From Sulfolobales archaeon (GTDB taxonomy: Archaea > Thermoproteota > Thermoprotei_A > Sulfolobales > AG1), in assembly GCA_038867615.1 (NCBI GenBank), contig JAWBYA010000004.1:1-64000 (forward strand): a stretch of 64,000 bases of DNA. The letters run 5' to 3'. The translations under genes were made by a program, and so were the position numbers. Below, piece by piece: positions 8,571-17,548 of the stretch. The notes under the pieces are model-generated. The model worked only from the letters and a program-made list of their open reading frames with translations, made no database searches and was not told the origin of the DNA. How positions within the stretch are numbered: the stretch's first letter is position 1; each line of letters begins with the position of its first letter.

Positions 8571-9530
8571 TTGGTGGTGGGCATGCGAGGGTTATCTAGG
8601 ATCTCTGTGATTATTGTGGTGGTGATCCTTGTAATAGTTGCTATTGGTGCTGGCTATACCTACTTGTCAAAAACTCCCAGCTCTTCTGGCATGGGGAAGA
8701 TGGTGGTTGTGGTGAACCCGATACCAAGGGAGAGAGTCGAGGCTGAGGCTAGGGAATTGGAATCTTTTCTAGAATCCAGATTAGGACTTGACGTAGAGCT
8801 ATACTTCCCGACAAGTGTTGCAGCTATAGTGGAGTCTCTGAGATTCGGCCATGCTCAGTTAGCGCTTGGCGTAGGATCCCTTCCAGCGGCTCTAGCCATC
8901 TATGTGGCTGATGTGGAGATGCTCTTGGTCGAGGTCAGAGATGTAGTGATAGGTAACGAGAGTAGGGCAGCCCCTTACTATTACTCGTACTGGATAGTTG
9001 CTAAGGATTCGCCATATAAGGGTCTAGAGGATCTGAAGGGTAAGAGGGCTTGTTTCCCCAACGAGCTATCAACCTCGGGCTATATATTTCCGATGTATAG
9101 GTTGGTGCAGCTCGGCTATATAAAGCCGCCAGCCGATCCTAAGCAGTTCTTCGGCGAGGTTGTATTTGCAGGAGGCTATGCCCAGTGCTGGGAGGCTCTT
9201 AAGAGGGGTCATGTGGATGTAACTATAATGGCCGGAGATGTTCCAGTCAGCCTCTATTGGGAGGCTATAAATAACAGCAGGGTTCTTGAGCAACAGGGAC
9301 CGATCCCAGCCCACGTGGTATTGGTGTCGAAGAGCGTTCCAAAAGATCTTAGGGATAGGATTAAGAACGCTCTTCTAGAGCTCAATAACAAACCAGATCT
9401 CATGAGGAAGTTCGTCTCAGCGATCTTCGTTAGATTCGAGGAGAAGGGTGTAGAAGAGCATCTCAAACCCCTGATGAATGCTCTGGAAACCACAGGTCTT
9501 AAGGATAAGTATCTCAGAGCCGGCAGCTGA
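8571..9530 (+). CDS. phnD: Phosphate/phosphite/phosphonate ABC substrate-binding protein (PhnD/PtxB family), N-terminal TM anchor
   Basis: YYSYWIV, LEDLKGK, STSGYIFP motif; precedes ATPase and PhnE. Confidence 0.85.
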   Translation: MVVGMRGLSRISVIIVVVILVIVAIGAGYTYLSKTPSSSGMGKMVVVVNPIPRERVEAEARELESFLESRLGLDVELYFPTSVAAIVESLRFGHAQLALGVGSLPAALAIYVADVEMLLVEVRDVVIGNESRAAPYYYSYWIVAKDSPYKGLEDLKGKRACFPNELSTSGYIFPMYRLVQLGYIKPPADPKQFFGEVVFAGGYAQCWEALKRGHVDVTIMAGDVPVSLYWEAINNSRVLEQQGPIPAHVVLVSKSVPKDLRDRIKNALLELNNKPDLMRKFVSAIFVRFEEKGVEEHLKPLMNALETTGLKDKYLRAGS

Positions 9531-9533
9531 TAG

Positions 9534-10235
9534 GTGTTACTATTGCCAGAGCCATCTGTGGGTCATGCTGTAGAGCTCAATGACGTGTTCTTTAGCTATG
9601 GTTCTACCAGGATCCTTAGTGGAGCTAATCTCAAGGTAGGCTATGGAGAGGCCATAGCTATAATGGGCAGGAGTGGGGTTGGAAAGACAACGCTACTTAA
9701 GATCATGGCGGGAATCCTAAAACCCGAGAAGGGCTATGTGAGGGTGCTTGGCTGTATTACACATACAGGCTGCTTTAATAGTCTTAGGGGGAGGATAGCA
9801 TATATACCCCAGAATCTAGGGCTGGTTGAGGGTGAGTCAGCCCTCTATAATGTTCTACTAGCTAAGGCGCCTAGCAAGCCCCTAAGATTCATGGCTGGTC
9901 TGTGGGGCAGTGATGATCTTAGCGAAGCCCTTGAGGCCTTAAAAATGGTTGGGCTTGGCGGCAAGGCTAGGAGTAGGGTTGATAGGCTTAGTGGGGGTGA
10001 GAGGCAGAGGGTAGCTATAGCTAGGGCTATTCTTCAGAGGGCGGAGATCCTGCTTGCTGATGAGCCTGTATCTAACCTAGATCTAGATACTGCTGAAGAT
10101 ATAGCGAAGCTCATGGTGGGTCTTAAATCCAAGGGCCTTACGATAATTGCTGTGATGCATGATAAGTGGCTTACTTCGAAGTATTTTGACAAGATATATC
10201 TCCTAGACGGGGGTATCTTGAGGGAGGCGGTTTGA
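9534..10235 (+). CDS. phnC: PhnC-like ABC ATPase
   Basis: GRSGVGKT, LSGGERQRVAIARA, LADEPVSNLD. Confidence 0.83.
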   Translation: MLLLPEPSVGHAVELNDVFFSYGSTRILSGANLKVGYGEAIAIMGRSGVGKTTLLKIMAGILKPEKGYVRVLGCITHTGCFNSLRGRIAYIPQNLGLVEGESALYNVLLAKAPSKPLRFMAGLWGSDDLSEALEALKMVGLGGKARSRVDRLSGGERQRVAIARAILQRAEILLADEPVSNLDLDTAEDIAKLMVGLKSKGLTIIAVMHDKWLTSKYFDKIYLLDGGILREAV

Positions 10236-10960
10236 GGCTCATAATGATCATGCTCATAATAACCCTGATTTTATCATACCCCTTAGGTCTCGTCGATATT
10301 GGCGTATGGGCTAAGGTGGGGGTAAATATTGCTAAGTTTTTACCAGAGCTCGGCGTGAGATGGGATCTTGTTGGTGACGCGCTTATAGCGTCCTACGAAA
10401 CCCTGATCATATCACTGCTAGGTGTTTCCGGAGGGACATTGATAGCATATATACTAGCACCCCTTGCAAGCCCCCTGATAGTCCCGCCCAGGGTGGCGTT
10501 TGTGGGTAGGATGACAGCTAATGCTATAAGGACAGTGCCAGCAATACTATGGGCTATACTTTTCGTTATACTCGTGGGACCTGGTCCCAGGGCTGGGGCT
10601 CTCGCTCTAATCATATATACATCAGGGTATTTGGCAAAGTTTTTCTACGAATCGCTAGAGGCTATTAGCAGGGAGCATTATGACTCACTAAGGGTCATCG
10701 GATTAAGGGGATTGCCGCTGGCATTTGCTCTCTACTCCCACGCTAAGAGATATATTATTAGCAATGTTCTGTTCATGCTGGAATATAACGTGAGAACCGC
10801 AACCATATTAGGTTTCGTGGGTGCTGGGGGTATTGGGTATTATATAGTGAACTACCTGGGTATGCTAAACTACCAAGCAACATTGACATTCGTGATATTC
10901 ACTCTATTATTAGTAGTAGCCATAGATCTTGTCAGCTATATTGCTAGATCACGCGTATAA
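10232..10960 (+). CDS. phnE: PhnE-like ABC permease
   Basis: RTVPAILWA, GYLAKFFYE, EYNVRTATILGFVGAGGIG. Confidence 0.88.
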   Translation: MRLIMIMLIITLILSYPLGLVDIGVWAKVGVNIAKFLPELGVRWDLVGDALIASYETLIISLLGVSGGTLIAYILAPLASPLIVPPRVAFVGRMTANAIRTVPAILWAILFVILVGPGPRAGALALIIYTSGYLAKFFYESLEAISREHYDSLRVIGLRGLPLAFALYSHAKRYIISNVLFMLEYNVRTATILGFVGAGGIGYYIVNYLGMLNYQATLTFVIFTLLLVVAIDLVSYIARSRV

Positions 10961-11311
10961 GTATCAACACTACGACACTGACCAGGTATGTGTTTTCATT
11001 GGCATAAGACTTCTTCGCAATAAGAGAGCTTCGGGCTGATTATGGGCTCAACAATATATGGTTTCCATTTACTGAGAGGTCATTGTTTGTGTGGCTCGGA
11101 TAGTTGTGGAAACAGGCTTATTATTAAACATGTATAGACAGACTTTTATAGATCTTTATGGATGTGAAACAGGTTGCCACAGTATTTTACCACTATATCA
11201 GAGATCTTCAGAGAATTATATCGGTATCCACAGTGATGTTATGTTATGTGGAACATGTGGAGGAAGCTTTTTAGTCCCTACGCAGTTTATACTTTAGCAG
11301 TGTGGTGTGGT

Positions 11312-11779
11312 ATGCGCTGGATTGTAATGGTTGCGATCATGCTACCAATTGTGATTGTAACTTCACTATATGCCGTATCACTACTTAAAGGACCCGAGCT
11401 AAGGTTAGAGGGTGTTAATGCAGTAATCATTAAGGATCCCTCGTGTACATGTTGTGAGGAATACGCTAAATACCTTAAAGGGTTAGGAGCGTATGTTACC
11501 GTGAACATTGTGCATGATATAGGATCTAAGCTGGAAGAGCTCCGAATCCCCGAGAACCTCTGGTCCTGCCATATAGCAATAGTAGAGGGATATATAGTTG
11601 TTGGTCACACACCTGCCGAGGCTATAGAGAAGCTGTTGAGCGAAAAGCCCTCTATTAAAGGCATCAGCCTTCCGGGCATGCCGTCAGGGTCGCCAGGCAT
11701 GCCTGGGCAGAAGAAGGAGCCGTTTACTATATATAGTTTTGATGAGAAGGGTAGGGTTAACATATACACGGTAATCTAG
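11312..11779 (+). CDS. DUF411 family metal-binding protein with N-terminal signal/anchor (ORF track start 11246)
   Basis: DPSCTCC, SCH, GHTP, LPGMPSGSPGM motifs. Confidence 0.85.
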   Translation: MRWIVMVAIMLPIVIVTSLYAVSLLKGPELRLEGVNAVIIKDPSCTCCEEYAKYLKGLGAYVTVNIVHDIGSKLEELRIPENLWSCHIAIVEGYIVVGHTPAEAIEKLLSEKPSIKGISLPGMPSGSPGMPGQKKEPFTIYSFDEKGRVNIYTVI

Positions 11780-11940
11780 TTTTTGGTAGTATTGATTTAT
11801 TATTTCCTCATAGTGCTATGTTATAAAGGGTTTTTATGAGTGGACAGTTATAAGTGATGCGGGTTTCTATATGTGCTCTTTAATAACGGTGTGCCGGTTA
11901 TATTTATATTTTATTAAGATACGTATCATACCCGGAGGTT

Positions 11941-12708
11941 ATGATGAACAAGGTTGTTGAGAAGGCGTCTAGAGGAGAGGTGGTATTCGGAACATGGATA
12001 ACAATAAATAGCCCTGAGGTATCTGAGGCTATCTCAACACTACCGCTTGATTGGGTTGTGATCGATATGGAGCACGCGCCCCTCGATATATATGATGTTG
12101 AGTTGATCCTCATGGGGTTGAAGGGAAGCGGTGTAACCGGGATTGTTAGAGTTCCATGGAACGATCCTGTGTATATAAAGAGGGTTCTCGACATAGGGGC
12201 CCACGGGGTTCTGGTTCCATGGGTGAGTACATATGAAGAGGCCCTTGCTGTTGAGAGATCTGTACTCTACCCTCCCCACGGTATAAGGGGTGTTGGTCCT
12301 AGGAGGGCAACAATGTACGGATCTATACCCTCTGCTGAGTATTATAAGAAATACCTAGAAGATCTCGTGGTTCTAGTTCAGATAGAGACCGCAAAGGCTG
12401 TCGAAAACCTTGAGAAGATACTTGAGGTGAAAACCATCACAGGAATATTTGTCGGTCCAAGCGACCTATCAGCATCGCTCGGAGTCTTCGGGGATAGGAA
12501 TAGCCCGGTACTACTGGGTTCTCTGGAAAAAATACCAAGGATAGCAAGGGGGAAGAAGCCTCTCATCGGTATAATGGCATACTCACCAGAGGAAGCTATC
12601 AGGGCTATAAAAATGGGTTATAACATGATCACATTATCATCCGATATGGCAAACCTGTTACGAGGAATCAGATCGTTCCTTCAAGATGCACTCTCAGCCC
12701 TACGATAG
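11941..12708 (+). CDS. HpcH/HpaI class II aldolase
   Basis: DWVVIDMEH, IKRVLDIGA, YPPHGIRG, QIET, FVGPSDLS. Confidence 0.92.
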   Translation: MMNKVVEKASRGEVVFGTWITINSPEVSEAISTLPLDWVVIDMEHAPLDIYDVELILMGLKGSGVTGIVRVPWNDPVYIKRVLDIGAHGVLVPWVSTYEEALAVERSVLYPPHGIRGVGPRRATMYGSIPSAEYYKKYLEDLVVLVQIETAKAVENLEKILEVKTITGIFVGPSDLSASLGVFGDRNSPVLLGSLEKIPRIARGKKPLIGIMAYSPEEAIRAIKMGYNMITLSSDMANLLRGIRSFLQDALSALR

Positions 12709-12711
12709 ATC

Positions 12712-12986
12712 GGGGTTTGGGCTTAATCGCGGCTGATATTGCCTGGCGTCAACAGCCTAACCCTTGGCTTCCTCGGCCTCAGCTCAATGCTGTGGGGAAA
12801 CCCCCACATCCTGGATCTCTTTTAACCCACCCACTTGGGTCTCTATCCCCACCCTCATTGTTGGGCGGCATCCCCATTAGAATATTAGGAGCCTATACCA
12901 TGTTCCATTATTGCAGAACTACGGGTTTAATATCAATCCATATAAACCATCATGAAATCCGAAACAGCTAGCTACGGCTGAAACGG
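12712..12986 (-). mobile_element. Non-autonomous repeat element copy B (same internal deletion as A)
   Basis: Reverse complement matches 6284-6538, including GTGGGTTAAAAGAGATCCAGGATGTGGGGGTTTCCCCACAGCATTGAGCTGAGGCCGAGGAAGCCA. Confidence 0.82.
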
Positions 12987-13013
12987 TTTAAGAACTTTGT
13001 ATAGTGAGGGTAA

Positions 13014-13514
13014 GTGGTGGTCTGTATTCTGATCATGAGGCCTAAAAGCTTCTCTATTAGAGTGGGTGAGAGGGAAATCGAAGTGGGTTGGAAGGCTTTA
13101 GAAGCGCTTAGAATAATAAGGGCTAAGGGTTCTATAAGGGCTGTGTCTGAGGAACTCGGCCTATCGTATAGAAATGCTATAAGGATTGTGAGAATGCTTG
13201 AAAAAGATATCGGGGGAAAACTTGTTATAACGAGAAGAGGGAGGGGCGCTAAGGCTATGCTAACGGAACTTGGCGAGGAGATAGTGAGCACCTATGTCAG
13301 CCCCAGAATCGAGGCTCTCAGTGCGAGGAACAAGATCCCGGCAAGGGTTATCTCCATAACAAGTGAGGGCTTATCAGCGATAGTTGTTGCTGAGACAGCT
13401 CCATCGGTGGTAAAAATACTTATTACTAGAGAAGCTCTCAACGAGCTTGGAATAAAGGTGAACGATACAGTGGATCTTGTAGTTAAGGCCTCAAACATAG
13501 CTATAGTCAAGTAA
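13014..13514 (+). CDS. ModE-like regulator (winged HTH + TOBE/Mop domain); probable start ATG 13035
   Basis: GSIRAVSEELGLSYRNA...RRGRG...LTELG; SARNKIP...ITREALNELGI...VKAS. Confidence 0.85.
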   Translation: MVVCILIMRPKSFSIRVGEREIEVGWKALEALRIIRAKGSIRAVSEELGLSYRNAIRIVRMLEKDIGGKLVITRRGRGAKAMLTELGEEIVSTYVSPRIEALSARNKIPARVISITSEGLSAIVVAETAPSVVKILITREALNELGIKVNDTVDLVVKASNIAIVK

Positions 13515-13618
13515 ATACTTATTGCCAAACCACTCCCTATCCTTGGATAAGCTGATATTTGTTAAGAGTGCTAAGGATATGATTTACGAGAGATGTAGCA
13601 GAACGGTTCGTGGGTGTA

Positions 13619-14350
13619 TTAAGTGTTTGTTTTTTCATGGCTCTTTCCTAGGAAGAAGGCTAGCCTGAGGTCTTGCGAGCTTAGTAGCTGCTTAGACTCT
13701 CCCTCGAGGACTATTCTCCCCCCAGCCATGACGATCCCTCGATCCGAGGTTTCAAGGGCTCTTTTGGCATGTTGCTCTACTAATACCACTGATTTACCCA
13801 TATCCCTGATCTCTCTCACGGCTCTGAATATCCTTTCGACAAGCTTTGGAGCAAGCCCTGCTGAGGGTTCGTCGAGGAGTAGTAATGAGGGATCCTTCAT
13901 TAGGACCCTGGAGATCGCTAGCATCTGCCTCTCACCACCGCTGAGGGTATCTGCTCTCTGCTTCTTTCTGTTCTTTAGTTCTGGGAATAGGTTGAATACA
14001 GCTTCCATCCTAGATCTGAGTATGCTTTCGTCAAGGCCGTAGCCTCCCATCTCTAGGTTCTCCTCAACACTCATGTCAGGGAAGATATTGTTGGTTTGTG
14101 GTAGGTATCCGAGACCAAATACAACCCTCTTCTCGGGAGGTTCCCTAGTTATATCTCTACCCATGAAGGTTACAGTGCCTCTATGTATGGTTGCGATACC
14201 AGCTATCATTTTGACCAGGGTGCTCTTGCCAGAACCGTTTGGACCCACTATTGCTACGATCTCGTTCTTACCTACTGTGAGGCTTGCGTCAAACACTATG
14301 GCTAGCTTTCCATAGCCTCCTGAGAGGCCCCTAACCTCTAGGATCGTCAT
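13619..14350 (-). CDS. livF: LivF-type ABC ATPase
   Basis: GPNGSGKS, LSGGERQMLAI, DEPSAGLAP, LVEQ. Confidence 0.9.
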   Translation of the reverse strand: MTILEVRGLSGGYGKLAIVFDASLTVGKNEIVAIVGPNGSGKSTLVKMIAGIATIHRGTVTFMGRDITREPPEKRVVFGLGYLPQTNNIFPDMSVEENLEMGGYGLDESILRSRMEAVFNLFPELKNRKKQRADTLSGGERQMLAISRVLMKDPSLLLLDEPSAGLAPKLVERIFRAVREIRDMGKSVVLVEQHAKRALETSDRGIVMAGGRIVLEGESKQLLSSQDLRLAFFLGKSHEKTNT

Positions 14351-14354
14351 CTCC

Positions 14355-15131
14355 TCACCCCCGCCATTCTCCTAGATATACCTCCACCACCCTTGGATCC
14401 TCTATCACTTCTCTAGGCTTACCATCAGCTATTATTCTGCCCTGGCTCATAACCATAACCCTGTCAACATACTCGAGCAGGATATCGAGTCTATGCTCTA
14501 TTATGAATAGAGTGATCCCAGCCTCTTCTCTGAGGCTCTTTAGTCTTCTGAAGATCTCGTGGGCTAGCGAGATAGCCACGCCAGCCGCTGGCTCGTCTAG
14601 AAAGATCATTTTGGGTGAGGAGGCCATAACCCTGGCCATTTCGGTAAGCTTCATCTGCCCTCCGGAGATCGCTGAGGCTCTAGATCTATGGACGCCGAGG
14701 AGCTGTAGATCCTCGAGTATTGATGCAACCCTCTCTGCGAGAGAGATCTCTTGTCTAGACCAGATCGATTTGAATAGAGCCTTTAGGGGAGACTCGCCAA
14801 CCTGTCCTCTAGGTGATAGCATAGCATTCTCAGCAACGGTAACATTGTTAAAGACCCTGGGGATCTGAAAGCTCCTCACAAGCCCCAAGCTATGGATCCT
14901 GTGGGGTGGCATGCCATCTATCCTCCTACCCTCAAAAAAGATCCTACCGCTATCTGGTTTCAGAACCCCTGTTATTAGGTTAAAGAGTGTTGTTTTTCCA
15001 GAGCCATTAGGCCCTATGAGACCCACAACCTCGCCCCTACTTATCTCGAAGGACACGTTATCCACTGCAACGAGCTCCCCAAACCTCTTTGTGAGTCCTT
15101 CGACAATAAGGATCTTTTCCAAAAAAGCCAC
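14355..15131 (-). CDS. livG: LivG-type ABC ATPase
   Basis: GPNGSGKTTLFN, RSFQIPR, DEPAAGV, IEH, VYLG. Confidence 0.9.
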   Translation of the reverse strand: MAFLEKILIVEGLTKRFGELVAVDNVSFEISRGEVVGLIGPNGSGKTTLFNLITGVLKPDSGRIFFEGRRIDGMPPHRIHSLGLVRSFQIPRVFNNVTVAENAMLSPRGQVGESPLKALFKSIWSRQEISLAERVASILEDLQLLGVHRSRASAISGGQMKLTEMARVMASSPKMIFLDEPAAGVAISLAHEIFRRLKSLREEAGITLFIIEHRLDILLEYVDRVMVMSQGRIIADGKPREVIEDPRVVEVYLGEWRG

Positions 15132-15151
15132 CTAACCTCAGTCACTTATCA

Positions 15152-16510
15152 CTATTTATATAGCTCTACAACACCTGCTGGGTATCTCCAAACACCTATT
15201 GGTGTGAAGGTATAGTTACCCCCAACTATTCTGTACTGCCAGATCGTATAGTCAGAACCCCTGGCATCGCCGTTCTCGTCAAAGGCTTTCCATCCAGTGA
15301 CGCCTATGAAATGCTCAGCAACGATCGGGAGGGCGTTTTTAACAGCATCGGCATCGTAACACTTACCTCCTGCGAATAGGATCGCCATAGCTGCGAGCCA
15401 TACAGCATCGTAGGTGAAGTAAGCATAGGGAGAGGGGTCTCTGCCAAACCTGCTCCTATACTCCTTCTCAAACATCTCAGCCAGAGGGCTTCCCCTGGGT
15501 GAGGCAAATACTCCCGTTAAGCCTACCTTGGCTAGGAAGTCGGCTACCTCTTTAGTAGCCTTTCCTGTTGGTGGTGGTGTGTAGGCTGCAGGTCTATTGA
15601 GGGTCTCGCTGCCAAACCACCTAACACTGCTCAATACGGGGTCGAGTCTTGCATGTCCAATTATGTTGAGCCCGTCATCCTCGAAGGCTATGATCAGTAC
15701 GGCTGTTGAGGCATCGGCGCCTAGCTCTTTCACGTAGGAGCTCAGTCTAGCTACCTCTGAGGCGTAATCAGGCTGTCCAACAGTATATACGATCTCTCTG
15801 AGGGTTCCACCATACTGTGTTGTGAACTCCTTTCTAAATGCTTCGAGAAGACCCTTACCATAGTCATCGCCCCTAACTATAGCAGCTACCTTCTTTATCC
15901 CCATGCTATTCATGAGCTGGGCGAGAACCTTGGCTTGGAAGAGATCGGTAGGCGGTGCTCTGAATACATAGTCAGGCGCTGCTAGGAGTGGGCTTGTAGA
16001 AGAGGGGCTTATAATTATAACCTTGTTACTATTGGCAAAGTCCATAACACCTCTAACCTCGCCACTAGCGAAGGGGCCTATTATAACCCTGATTCCGGCG
16101 GCGTACATGGACTGGACAACCTTTAGTGCGTCAGCAGCAGTGCCCTTGGTATCGTCGTGGACATATCTAAACCTTATGGGGGCGCCTATGGATTCTAGGT
16201 ACTTGTTTATATGCTCGATAGCAAGGATCCCGCCATCCCTCCTCACCGGGCCGTCAACAGCATATGGACCGCTGACAGCCATTGCAAAGCCGAGCCTGCA
16301 CTCGATCATCTGGGGCTGTTGCGCAGCCTGTGTTACCGTTGTTGTCAAAACCTGTGTTACTGTCGTTACCTGGGCAGCCCCGCCAGGTGCTGTTACTGTT
16401 GTTGTCACTACTCTGGTTGGGGGGTATGCCGCTAGGTATCCAACAGCGCCTAGGAGCACTACTACGAGCACTATTAACCCGATAGTAACCGGGCTCCTAA
16501 CGCTAGACAC
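15152..16510 (-). CDS. Liv-type ABC substrate-binding protein, intact (TM anchor + Thr linker + core)
   Basis: TM helix, VTTTVT linker, IIGPFASG, ISPSSTSP, DDYGKGL, YDAVW, GVTG..FDENGD. Confidence 0.9.
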   Translation of the reverse strand: MSSVRSPVTIGLIVLVVVLLGAVGYLAAYPPTRVVTTTVTAPGGAAQVTTVTQVLTTTVTQAAQQPQMIECRLGFAMAVSGPYAVDGPVRRDGGILAIEHINKYLESIGAPIRFRYVHDDTKGTAADALKVVQSMYAAGIRVIIGPFASGEVRGVMDFANSNKVIIISPSSTSPLLAAPDYVFRAPPTDLFQAKVLAQLMNSMGIKKVAAIVRGDDYGKGLLEAFRKEFTTQYGGTLREIVYTVGQPDYASEVARLSSYVKELGADASTAVLIIAFEDDGLNIIGHARLDPVLSSVRWFGSETLNRPAAYTPPPTGKATKEVADFLAKVGLTGVFASPRGSPLAEMFEKEYRSRFGRDPSPYAYFTYDAVWLAAMAILFAGGKCYDADAVKNALPIVAEHFIGVTGWKAFDENGDARGSDYTIWQYRIVGGNYTFTPIGVWRYPAGVVELYK

Positions 16511-16791
16511 TTAAGACACCTAGTAAAGTTACTAAAAGGAGATAATAAGTATAAATGTAATATATAGAGAGCTAACTATCTAAAAATACAGAGCATGGGA
16601 TCCCATTATAACGAGGATCCAATATATATGGATGATCACAATATATATACAGTCTCTACACTTCCATAGAGACAAAATTATAGAGAGATTAAGAGAAATA
16701 TGTTATGTATATTCTAATGAAGGGGGTACAGAGATCCTTGGGTTTGGAGAAGCTCGACCAACCAGATCTTTGTTATTCGTGCTGTGCTGGT

Positions 16792-17547
16792 TTAGCCTAT
16801 TTTCTCGGATAGTTTTTGCTCATAATCCCTATGCCAGTCAATGTGTCTGTTAAGCTCTAAGATCGATATTGGTAGTGAGTATATCATATATATGCCCATG
16901 GTTATTAACGAGACAAGGATGGCGTTTGATATTAATAGCCTCCTAGGGATTGGGGGGTCTTGATATCCTCTTAGATCTTGTGGTACTTTTTTGAGCACAT
17001 ATAGCTCTAGGGCTATGTGTTTCTCAAGCCACCCCCTTGTCTCTTCTACTAGTGAGTATACCGCTGTGATCATCATTATTGGCGCTATCATGGATCCTAC
17101 AAGGATCATTGCCAGTCTTGCGAGGGGTGGGAGGCTTATGAATAGCGAGAGGAGTAACAGGATCACAAGGACTATCGATATTATCGCGAGTTTTATGCTG
17201 TTAAGCAGTGTGGGGGTCTGGGGTTCGAGGCTAAAGATCTCTTCGAGAGCCTCCTGAGAGCCGCTTCCAGACGCTCTAGCAAGAACGGTTCTCAGTGTGG
17301 AGGAGCTGGATCTAGCGAGGGCTGCTAGAGCAGAGCTTGTCGATATAGAGGCCGGCATGAAAATAGCTATCCCAGCGAATGATGCCATAGATCCTAGTAG
17401 GAGTAGTGTTAAGTCTATATAGATTAGCAATGAGATCATGATCGAGCTTAGTAGGAGCATGAAAGCCCCTATCCCCATAAGGATCGCTGATACTATTATC
17501 CCCCCAGCTGGCATGCGTCCCGCAAAACCTTGGTAAGGCCTTCTCAA
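16792..17547 (-). CDS. Hypothetical multi-pass membrane protein (probable start ATG 17514)
   Basis: About 5 hydrophobic segments; directly downstream of the acyl-CoA synthetase. Confidence 0.65.
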   Translation of the reverse strand: MRRPYQGFAGRMPAGGIIVSAILMGIGAFMLLLSSIMISLLIYIDLTLLLLGSMASFAGIAIFMPASISTSSALAALARSSSSTLRTVLARASGSGSQEALEEIFSLEPQTPTLLNSIKLAIISIVLVILLLLSLFISLPPLARLAMILVGSMIAPIMMITAVYSLVEETRGWLEKHIALELYVLKKVPQDLRGYQDPPIPRRLLISNAILVSLITMGIYMIYSLPISILELNRHIDWHRDYEQKLSEKIG

Positions 17548-17548
17548 G

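Noticed and set aside
11090-11270. Degenerate CRISPR-like array from TGTGGAAACAGG-type motifs
   Set aside because: Motifs are about 11 nt, irregularly spaced, only three, with no cas genes in the window.
16632-16853. 73-aa ORF faintly like a 2-hydroxyacid dehydrogenase N-terminus
   Set aside because: Similarity too weak to support, AT-rich, and overlaps the end of the membrane-protein gene.
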